This document shows positions 44,846 to 52,377 of a stretch of 64,000 nucleotides of DNA, piece by piece (position 1 is the stretch's first letter; every line of letters begins with the position of its first letter). The DNA lies in contig JALHLQ010000003.1 in assembly GCA_022844485.1 (NCBI GenBank), positions 41,921 to 105,920 on the forward strand. Direction: 5' to 3'. Origin of the DNA: Xanthobacteraceae bacterium. Its GTDB lineage: Bacteria; Pseudomonadota; Alphaproteobacteria; Rhizobiales; Xanthobacteraceae. A program made the position numbers and the translations under genes. The notes under the pieces are model-generated. The model did not search any database. It was not told where the DNA came from and worked only from the letters and a program-made list of their open reading frames with translations.

Positions 44846-46279
44846 ATGATGGAATCGTGGTCTTTTCCCCCGGCCTATGATGACGGCTACATGCCTCCGC
44901 ACGACAGCCGCTATTGGTTTCCGGTGCGCGAAACCATGCCGGCCGCGGAGCGCGAACGCGCGATCCTCGAACGGCTCAAGCTCGTTTGCGATTACGCCTA
45001 CAAGCATGCGCCGTTCTACAAGAGAAAATGGGACGAGGCCGGGTTCCATCCGAGCCAACTCAAATCGCTGGAGGATTTCGAGAGCCGCGTGCCGGTGGTG
45101 ACGAAGAAGGACTTGCGGGAATCGCAAACGCGCAATCCGCCTTTCGGCGATTATCTGTGCGTCCCGGAGGCAGAGGTTTTTCACATCCACGGCACCAGCG
45201 GCACGACTGGTCGGCCGACCGCTTTCGCCATCGGCCGCAGTGACTGGAATGCGATCGCCAATGCGCATGCGCGCATCATGTGGGGCATGGGCATGCGCCC
45301 CGGCGACACGATCTGCATCGCCGCGATCTTTTCCCTCTACATGGGAAGCTGGGGCGCTCTCGCCGGCGCCGAGCGGCTGCGCGCAAAAGCCTTTCCCTTC
45401 GGCGCCGGCGCACCCGGCATGTCGGCGCGCTGCGCGCAATGGCTCGACCTGGTCAAGCCGAAGGGCTTTTATGGCACGCCGACCTACGCGCTGCACCTCG
45501 CGCAGGTCGCGCAGGACGAAGGACTCGACCCGCGCAATTTCGGCCTCCAATTCATGTTCTTTTCCGGCGAGCCGGGCGCGTCCATCCCCGCCGTGCGCGA
45601 CAAGATCGAGCATCTCTACGGCGCCAAGGTGTACGATTGCGGCTCGATGGCCGAGATGACCCCATTCATGAACGTCGCGGGGACGCGCGAGACCGACGGC
45701 ATGCTGTGCTGGCAGGACGTGATCTACACGGAAGTCTGTGATCCCAAGACCATGCATCGCGTCGCCTATGGCGAACGCGGGACGCCGGTCTACACTCACC
45801 TCGAGCGCACCTCGCAACCGATGATCCGGCTGCTTTCCGGCGACCTGTCGTTGTGGACCAATGAACCGAACCCTTGCGGGCGCACTTATCCGCGCCTCCC
45901 TCAGGGCATTTTCGGCCGCATCGACGACATGTTCACGATCCGGGGCGAGAACGTCTATCCAAGCGAAATCGACTCGGCGCTGAACGAGATCAAGAACTAC
46001 GGCGGCGAGCACCGCATCGTCATCAGCCGCGAGTCCAGCATGGACGAGCTGCTCTTGCGCGTGGAGGCAGATGCGGACACCTTTGGAAAAGGCGGCGAGG
46101 CAGTGAGCCGCTTCCGCGACGAGGTCGGACGCAAGGTGCAGAAGGTATTGGGCTTGCGGACGCTGGTTGAGGTGGTCGAGCCGAATTCGCTTCCGCGCAC
46201 GGATTTCAAGGCCCGCCGCGTGATCGACGACCGCGCCGTCTTCCGCGACATGCATCGACAGTTGGAGAGCGCGCGGTGA
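44846..46279 (+). CDS. PaaK/F390-synthetase-like acyl-CoA ligase (candidate 2-hydroxyisobutyrate-CoA ligase)
   Basis: ATG at 44846 after AGGAGAG. AMP-binding loop HGTSGTTGRPTAF, with YGTPTY and RIDDMFTIRGENVYPSEI typical of phenylacetate-CoA-ligase-like enzymes. Confidence 0.8.
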   Translation: MMESWSFPPAYDDGYMPPHDSRYWFPVRETMPAAERERAILERLKLVCDYAYKHAPFYKRKWDEAGFHPSQLKSLEDFESRVPVVTKKDLRESQTRNPPFGDYLCVPEAEVFHIHGTSGTTGRPTAFAIGRSDWNAIANAHARIMWGMGMRPGDTICIAAIFSLYMGSWGALAGAERLRAKAFPFGAGAPGMSARCAQWLDLVKPKGFYGTPTYALHLAQVAQDEGLDPRNFGLQFMFFSGEPGASIPAVRDKIEHLYGAKVYDCGSMAEMTPFMNVAGTRETDGMLCWQDVIYTEVCDPKTMHRVAYGERGTPVYTHLERTSQPMIRLLSGDLSLWTNEPNPCGRTYPRLPQGIFGRIDDMFTIRGENVYPSEIDSALNEIKNYGGEHRIVISRESSMDELLLRVEADADTFGKGGEAVSRFRDEVGRKVQKVLGLRTLVEVVEPNSLPRTDFKARRVIDDRAVFRDMHRQLESAR

Positions 46280-46295
46280 CCGAAGGCGCAGAACG

Positions 46296-47303
46296 ATGAA
46301 ACGCTTTGTTCCCTCGCTGGCGCTTGTCGAGCGCGTGCAGAATGGCGAGGCGGCCGCCGTGGCGCGGTTGATCTCGCGCGCGGAAACCGGAACCGACGAG
46401 GCGCGAACGGCCTTGGCGCGCATCTACAAGCTGGCCGGACGCGCGCATGTCATCGGCATCACCGGCGTGCCGGGCTCGGGCAAGTCGACGCTCGTCGGCA
46501 AGCTTGCGCAAAAGATGCGCGCCCGCGCCCACAAGATCGGCATCGTGGCGATCGATCCCTCGAGCCCCTATTCGGGCGGCGCGATTCTGGGCGACCGCAT
46601 CCGCATGACCGAGCTCGCCATGGATCCCGGCATCTATATCCGCTCGATGGCGACGCGCGGCGCGATCGGGGGCATGGCGCGCGCGGCGCTCGACGCCGTC
46701 GACATCCTCGACGTCGCGGGCTTCGACACGATCATTATCGAGACCGTCGGCGTCGGCCAGGACGAGGTCGAGATCGCGCGCGCCTCGCATACGACCGTCG
46801 TGGTGTCGGCGCCCGGCTTGGGCGACGAGATTCAGGCCATCAAGGCCGGCATTCTGGAGATTGCAGACGTTCACGTCGTCTCAAAATGCGACCGCAGCGA
46901 CGCCAACCGCACGCTCACCGATTTGAAGCAGATGCTGATGATCGGCATGATGAATGCGCCCAACCCGGACTGGACCGTGCCGGTGATCGGGACCAGCGCG
47001 GTCAATGACCAGGGGCTTGACGATTTGATTGAGGCGATCGCGAAGCACCGGCAGGTTGCGTTCGAGACCGAGACCGGCCGCGCACGCCGGCTCAGCGTCG
47101 CGCAGTTCCGGTTGCGCAAGACGGCCGAGAACCTGTTGCTGGAGCGCTTTGACCGCGCGGTGGCGAAACACGGGGCTCCGCTCGCAACCAAGCTCCAAAA
47201 CCGCGCCGCGGACCCCTATTCAGCCGCCGCCGAACTCCTCGAGGCCTCGTTTGAAACGGAAGACTGCCATGAACAAAATGCTCGATCCAAAATCGCTCGT
47301 TAG
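46296..47303 (+). CDS. meaB: MeaB/ArgK-family G-protein chaperone for B12 mutases (MeaH-like)
   Basis: ATG at 46296. P-loop GVPGSGKST, with ETVGVGQDE and SKCD. Confidence 0.9.
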   Translation: MKRFVPSLALVERVQNGEAAAVARLISRAETGTDEARTALARIYKLAGRAHVIGITGVPGSGKSTLVGKLAQKMRARAHKIGIVAIDPSSPYSGGAILGDRIRMTELAMDPGIYIRSMATRGAIGGMARAALDAVDILDVAGFDTIIIETVGVGQDEVEIARASHTTVVVSAPGLGDEIQAIKAGILEIADVHVVSKCDRSDANRTLTDLKQMLMIGMMNAPNPDWTVPVIGTSAVNDQGLDDLIEAIAKHRQVAFETETGRARRLSVAQFRLRKTAENLLLERFDRAVAKHGAPLATKLQNRAADPYSAAAELLEASFETEDCHEQNARSKIAR

Positions 47304-48960
47304 CCTGCGGGACGAGGTCGCGGCCTGGGAGGCGAACGAGGTCGCCGCTTTCCTGAAGAAACAGAAGGAGCGCCGCGAGCAATTCTTCACGACCGGCGAC
47401 ATTCCGGTAAAGCGCGTCTACACGGCGGCGGACATCGCCGACACGCCGATCGAGGACATCGGTCTCCCCGGCCGCTATCCCTTCACGCGCGGACCCTATC
47501 CGACGATGTATCGCAGCCGCGCCTGGACCATGCGCCAGATCGCGGGTTTCGGCACCGCCGAGGACACCAATCAGCGCTTCAAGTTTCTGATTGAGCAGGG
47601 TCAGACCGGGCTGTCGACCGACTTCGACATGCCGACGCTGATGGGCTACGATTCCGATCATCCGATGAGCGAGGGCGAGGTCGGGCGCGAGGGTGTCGCG
47701 ATCGACACGCTCGCCGACATGGAGCTTCTCTTCGAGGGCATCGATCTCGAGAGCATTTCCGTGTCGCTGACCATCAATCCGAGCGCCTGGATCCTGCTCG
47801 CGATGTATGTCGCGCTGGCCGAGAAGCGCGGACTCGACCTGAACAAGCTGTCGGGCACCATTCAAGCGGACATTCTCAAGGAATACATGGCGCAGAAGGA
47901 ATATTGTTTTCCGATCGCGCCCTCGGTCCGCATCGTGCGCGATTGCATCGTCTACTGCGCCAAGAACATGAAGCGCTACAACCCGATCAATTTATCGGGG
48001 TACCATATTTCGGAGGCGGGCTCCTCACCCGTTCAGGAAGTCGCGTTCACGCTGGCGAACCTCATCGTCTATGTGGAGGAGGTGACGAAGCTCGGCATCG
48101 ATGTCGACGAATTCGCGCCGCGTCTTGCCTTCTTTTTCGTGTCCCAGGGCGACTTTTTCGAAGAGATCGCGAAATTCCGCGCGGTGCGCCGCGCCTATGC
48201 CAAGATCATGAAGGAGCGTTTCGGCGCCAGGAACCCGGAATCGATGCGGCTGCGGTTCCACTGCCAGACCGCGGCGGCGACGCTGACCGCGCCGCAATAC
48301 CAGATCAACATCGTGCGCACCGCTCTGCAGGCGCTCTCCGCCGTGCTCGGCGGCTGCCAGTCGCTGCACACCAATGGCTACGACGAGGCCTTTGCCATCC
48401 CGACCGAGGACGCCATGCGGATGGCCTTGCGCACGCAGCAGATCATCGCGGATGAGACGAACGTCACGAACGTCGTCGATCCGCTTGGCGGTTCCTACTT
48501 CGTCGAGGCGCTGACGAACGAGTACGAGAAGCGGATATTCGAGATCCTCGACGAGGTGGACGCACGCGGCGGCACGATCAAGCTGATCCAGGAAGGCTGG
48601 TTCCAGAAACAGATCGCCGACTTCGCTTACGAAACGGCGCTGCGCAAGCAGTCGGGCGACAAGCCCGTGATCGGCGTCAACAAATACGTGATGGAGGAGG
48701 AGCATCACGACATCGAGGTGCATCCCTATGACCTGACCACGGCCGAGCGGCAGATCGCGCGCACCCGCCGCGTGCGCGCCGAGCGCAACGAGGCCAAAGT
48801 GCAGGCGCTGCTCGATAAACTCGTCGCCGTGGCGAGCGACGAGTCGCAGAACATCATGCCGGTGACCATCGAGCTGGTGCGCGAGGGCGCGACCATGGGC
48901 GATATCATCGAGAAGCTGAAGGGCCTGTGGGGAACGTACCGGGAGACCCCGGTATTCTGA
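47269..48960 (+). CDS. hcmA: Acyl-CoA mutase large (substrate-binding) subunit with the 2-hydroxyisobutyryl-CoA mutase signature
   Basis: ATG at 47269, overlapping meaB by 35 nt. 563 aa TIM-barrel mutase. The motif [38 protein letters not shown] has Ile where MCM has Tyr and ICM has Phe, and an Asp 27 residues later. Confidence 0.85.
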   Translation: MNKMLDPKSLVSLRDEVAAWEANEVAAFLKKQKERREQFFTTGDIPVKRVYTAADIADTPIEDIGLPGRYPFTRGPYPTMYRSRAWTMRQIAGFGTAEDTNQRFKFLIEQGQTGLSTDFDMPTLMGYDSDHPMSEGEVGREGVAIDTLADMELLFEGIDLESISVSLTINPSAWILLAMYVALAEKRGLDLNKLSGTIQADILKEYMAQKEYCFPIAPSVRIVRDCIVYCAKNMKRYNPINLSGYHISEAGSSPVQEVAFTLANLIVYVEEVTKLGIDVDEFAPRLAFFFVSQGDFFEEIAKFRAVRRAYAKIMKERFGARNPESMRLRFHCQTAAATLTAPQYQINIVRTALQALSAVLGGCQSLHTNGYDEAFAIPTEDAMRMALRTQQIIADETNVTNVVDPLGGSYFVEALTNEYEKRIFEILDEVDARGGTIKLIQEGWFQKQIADFAYETALRKQSGDKPVIGVNKYVMEEEHHDIEVHPYDLTTAERQIARTRRVRAERNEAKVQALLDKLVAVASDESQNIMPVTIELVREGATMGDIIEKLKGLWGTYRETPVF

Positions 48961-49020
48961 TTCGGCCGCACGGTCTTTGCAGCCGTTGAACGCCGCGCCA
49001 TTCTACGTCAAGAGTTGAGC

Positions 49021-50055
49021 ATGACGCGCCCCTTTCCCCTGATCCTCCCCTTTGGCGGCATGCATCCGAAACTGGCCGGCGCGATAGCGCATGCCGGCGA
49101 GGGCTCCGCCGTTCTCGGGCGGGCGACGCTCGGCTGGAATGCCTGGCTCGGACCGCTCGCGGTCATCCGGGCCGACGGTCACTATGTCGAAATCGGGGAC
49201 GATTTCCATCTTGGGCCGCGCTCGACGGTGCACATCGCCCACGACGTCTATCCGACCATCATAGGCGACCGCGTCAGCGTCGGCGTGAACGCCTGCGTGC
49301 ATGCCTGCACGGTGGGCAGCGATGTCGTCATCGAGGACGGCTCGGTGATCCTCGACGGTTCGATCGTCGAGGACGAGGTCGTGCTCGAGCCGGGAACCTT
49401 CGCCTTTCCGCGCGCCCGATTGCAGCGCGGGCATGTCTATGCCGGCGCGCCGGCCAAGCCGGTGCGCACCGTCGCGCCGGGCGAGATCGCCGAGCGGCGC
49501 GAGGCGATGCGCGAGCGGCACGCAAACAGCCTGCCCGAAATCCAGGCCCGGTCCTTCGGCCCGCGAACGCTCGACGCGACGAGCTTCATCGCCAGCACTG
49601 CGCGCGTGCGCGGGGCGCTCGTCATGGCGCCGATGTCGAGCATCTTCTTCAGCAATGATTTCGACGCCGGAGCAGGCACGATCACGCTGGGCGAGAACAC
49701 GAACGTGCAGGACAACACGATCATCCGCTGCACGGGGGCAGGCGTCACGATCGGGCGCGACACGACGGTCGGCCACAATGTCTTTCTCGAGGATTGCACG
49801 ATCGGCGAGGAATCGCTGATCGGGATCCGCAGCTTCGTCGCCAGAGGGACGGTGGTGGAGGACCATGTGCTGCTTGCAGCCGGCGCGCGAACCGAGCCCG
49901 GGCAGGTGCTCGAGAGCGGCTGGCTCTATGCGAGATCGCCAGCGCGAAAGCTGGCGCCGCTCGACGCCGGCAAGTGCGAGATGATCAAATTCATCATCTG
50001 GACCTATTGCCAATACAATCGCGACTTCAGCGCGGCCGAAAAAGTCAGAGCATGA
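49021..50055 (+). CDS. Tandem double left-handed beta-helix (gamma-carbonic-anhydrase/PaaY-like hexapeptide) protein
   Basis: ATG at 49021. Two gamma-CA-like halves (residues ~20-170 and ~185-330). The usual His metal ligands are degenerate in both halves (GVNACVHAC; QDNTIIRC, GHNVFLEDC). Confidence 0.7.
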   Translation: MTRPFPLILPFGGMHPKLAGAIAHAGEGSAVLGRATLGWNAWLGPLAVIRADGHYVEIGDDFHLGPRSTVHIAHDVYPTIIGDRVSVGVNACVHACTVGSDVVIEDGSVILDGSIVEDEVVLEPGTFAFPRARLQRGHVYAGAPAKPVRTVAPGEIAERREAMRERHANSLPEIQARSFGPRTLDATSFIASTARVRGALVMAPMSSIFFSNDFDAGAGTITLGENTNVQDNTIIRCTGAGVTIGRDTTVGHNVFLEDCTIGEESLIGIRSFVARGTVVEDHVLLAAGARTEPGQVLESGWLYARSPARKLAPLDAGKCEMIKFIIWTYCQYNRDFSAAEKVRA

Positions 50056-50208
50056 TCCCGAAAAGTGGGACCCGGTTTTCGGACAAGATCATGCTCGAAC
50101 AAAGAGCATGATCCCGAAAAGTGGGAGCCGGTTTTCGGACAAGATCATGCTCGAACAAAGAGCATGATCCCGAAAAGTGGGAGCCGGTTTTCGGACAGGA
50201 TCATGCTC
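50048..50208. repeat. REP-like nested palindrome, three tandem copies at 56-bp period
   Basis: gagcatgatcccgaaaagtggga(c/g)ccggttttcggaca(a/g)gatcatgctc at 50048-50096, 50104-50152 and 50160-50208. Lies between the convergent LbH gene and the dodecin gene. Confidence 0.9.
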
Positions 50209-50242
50209 AGACAGCAAGCTCGCGTGCGAACACGCGACAGGC

Positions 50243-50452
50243 TCAGTCCTCGTACTTGAAGGACACCTTCAGTTTGGTCCTGAAGGCCTCGACTTTGCCG
50301 CCATTGATGACGATGTCCTGGTCCACGACTTCCGCCACGCGCAGGTCTCGCAACGATTTCGAGGCTGTTTCGACGGCGATTTTCGCCGCCTTCTCCCACG
50401 ATTCAGAGCTCGTTCCCACGACTTCGACCACTTTGTAGACGCTCTCGGGCAT
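50243..50452 (-). CDS. Dodecin-family small flavin-binding protein
   Basis: ATG at 50452 preceded by GGAGGA. The 69-aa product MPESVYKVVEVVGTSSESWEKAAKIAVETASKSLRDLRVAEVV... is canonical dodecin. Confidence 0.75.
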   Translation of the reverse strand: MPESVYKVVEVVGTSSESWEKAAKIAVETASKSLRDLRVAEVVDQDIVINGGKVEAFRTKLKVSFKYED

Positions 50453-50542
50453 GGCTCGTTCCTCCATTGCTGCGGTCGCCTGGGCGGCGCCGAGCAAGGA
50501 GGCCAGTCTAGAACGCTCGCCCAAGGGCGGCAACGCGCGAAC

Positions 50543-51277
50543 TCAAGGCGCGCACTCAGGCGGCAACTCTCCACGCTTCTGCAAACGCGTCACCCAGTAT
50601 TCCCAGGCGCGCGGCAGCATTTTGGCGTGCGCGGCGGCCGCGCGCTCGATCTCGCCCGGGCTTAAGGGCGAGACGATCCCGTGCGCCTGGGCCTGCGTCT
50701 GGAACTCCGCGTTGCGCGCGGAATAGACCGATCGGAATACGAGTTCGGCGAGGCTTGTTCCGACGACGGTCGCCCCATGGCGCCGCATGAGGACGATCGC
50801 CTGTTGGCCGAGAGCGCGCGCGAGCGACAGGCCCTCTTCGGGCTTGGCGACCAGAAGGTTGGTGTCGCCGAAATCGTCGCGGCTGTCCCAGAACGGCGCC
50901 TCGCGCCCGATGGCGGCACCGAGAAGAAACACCGGCACGAGCGGCGTTCCGCTGATCGTGTACGGCATGATCGCCGGAGCGTGATGATGGCACACGGCCT
51001 GCACATCCGGCCGCAGCCGATAGATGCAGCCGTGGATCACCCGCTCGGCGTAAAGACGCGCATCCGTCGCCGCGACCGGCTCTGAATCGAGCGTGAATTC
51101 GATGACGTCGTCGGCTTCGACGAGTTCCGGCGCGCGCGAGCGGGAGAGGAGATACCGCGAGGCGTCATGGGGGTGGCGCGCGCTCACATGGCCGAACGTG
51201 TCGAGCAGTCCCTCTTGCGCCAGAATGCGGTTGGCGATGGCGATATCGCGGCGCAATGATCGAAGCGCGTCAGGCAC
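50543..51277 (-). CDS. Class II aldolase/adducin-family protein
   Basis: GTG at 51277 (alternative TTG 51283) after a GGGGGG stretch. Motifs FGHVSARHP and HHHAPAIMPY (metal His cluster). Confidence 0.75.
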   Translation of the reverse strand: MPDALRSLRRDIAIANRILAQEGLLDTFGHVSARHPHDASRYLLSRSRAPELVEADDVIEFTLDSEPVAATDARLYAERVIHGCIYRLRPDVQAVCHHHAPAIMPYTISGTPLVPVFLLGAAIGREAPFWDSRDDFGDTNLLVAKPEEGLSLARALGQQAIVLMRRHGATVVGTSLAELVFRSVYSARNAEFQTQAQAHGIVSPLSPGEIERAAAAHAKMLPRAWEYWVTRLQKRGELPPECAP

Positions 51278-51434
51278 GCTCAACCCCCCTTGCCTCAAGC
51301 CCGCATGCTGCTGGCGCGTGGCCGCTCTAGCCGCTTGAGGCGATGCGTACAATAGCGAAAGTGGCTGATCACGGGTCGTGAACCGTCCGGCCCTGCCCGC
51401 GTTGAGTATCGGATCAATTGCGCAGGAGCGTCCC

Positions 51435-51626
51435 ATGGCAAAGGCGACCTCGAAGAAACAACAGATGGCTGCGGGCGCGGCCTTGTCCGCCAAACGGGGC
51501 AAGCGGCCCAAATCGAGCCTCAAAGGCGCATCGCGTCAGATGGCCGACTCGATGAGCGAGAGCGAGCTCGAGAACATGGCGAGCGTCAAACGCAGGAAGC
51601 TGCCGGCGCGGCGGACTCGGAACTGA
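51435..51626 (+). CDS. DUF3008-family small basic protein
   Basis: ATG at 51435 after AGGAG. MAKATSKKQQMAAGAALSAKRGKR matches the conserved DUF3008 N-terminus as I recall it. Confidence 0.55.
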   Translation: MAKATSKKQQMAAGAALSAKRGKRPKSSLKGASRQMADSMSESELENMASVKRRKLPARRTRN

Positions 51627-51723
51627 CGTCGTCCTCGCTTCGAACCCAGGAACCTTCCCATCCGCCAGCGCGTTGCGACGGCGACGGACGAGAGGGCTCG
51701 TCCCATTCAATTGGAGATGTTCC

Positions 51724-52233
51724 ATGGCCAGTGCGGAAGAACGATTGATGGAGTGGCTGCGTGATGCGCATGCGGCTGAACAGCAGGCGGAAACCATGCT
51801 GAGCGGGACTGCGCAGCGGCTCGAGAACTATCCCGAGCTTCGCTCCCGGCTCGAGCAGCACATGCGAGAGACGCAGCGGCAAGCCGAACTCATCCGCGGC
51901 TGCATCGAGCGCCGCGGCGGCGGCACCTCCTTGATCAAAGACACCGGAGGCAAATTGATGGCCATGGGTCAGGCGATGAGCGGCTTGTTTGTCGGCGATG
52001 AAGTGATGAAGGCCTCCATCGCCAGCTACGCGTTCGAAGCGATGGAGATCGCCTCCTATCGCACCCTGATTGCGACGGCCGACATGGTCGGGGACCAAGA
52101 GACCAAGCGCGTGTGTGAGCAGATTCTGCACGAGGAAGAGGCGATGGCCGACTGGCTCGAGCAGAACTTGCCGACGCTGACCCAGAAATACCTTCGCCTT
52201 GAGGAGACCCCAGGCGCCACCGCCAAACATTGA
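51724..52233 (+). CDS. Ferritin-like DUF892 (YciE/YciF-family) stress protein
   Basis: ATG at 51724 after GGAGA. WLRDAHAAEQQAETML and YAFEAMEIASYRTLIATAD are four-helix-bundle YciE-like motifs. Confidence 0.7.
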   Translation: MASAEERLMEWLRDAHAAEQQAETMLSGTAQRLENYPELRSRLEQHMRETQRQAELIRGCIERRGGGTSLIKDTGGKLMAMGQAMSGLFVGDEVMKASIASYAFEAMEIASYRTLIATADMVGDQETKRVCEQILHEEEAMADWLEQNLPTLTQKYLRLEETPGATAKH

Positions 52234-52377
52234 GCGTCGAACGAGGGCAGGCGCGAGCCTTCCCTCTGCGCTCCAGCAGCTCGTCAAAGACGCAAAGCGA
52301 GAAGATGGGGCGCGGCGCGCCCGCGCGGCGGCGGGGCGGCTGAGGCAGTTCGCGTCTTCAGGCCGGACGCCTCAGGC

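Noticed and set aside
50048-50208. Possible CRISPR array, because of the regular 56-bp periodicity.
   Set aside because: There are only three units, separated by about 7 bp of constant linker rather than unique 30-40 bp spacers. The units are long hairpins also found singly elsewhere, and there are no cas genes in the window.
50065-50438. Small ORFs across the REP array (50065-50259, 50121-50438, 50177-50665) encoding repeated MGxGFRTRSCSNKEHDPEKWEPVFGQDH or MIPKSGxRFSDxIML peptides.
   Set aside because: The repeated peptides are just translations of the palindromic REP units in both orientations. There are no RBSs and no independent coding signal.
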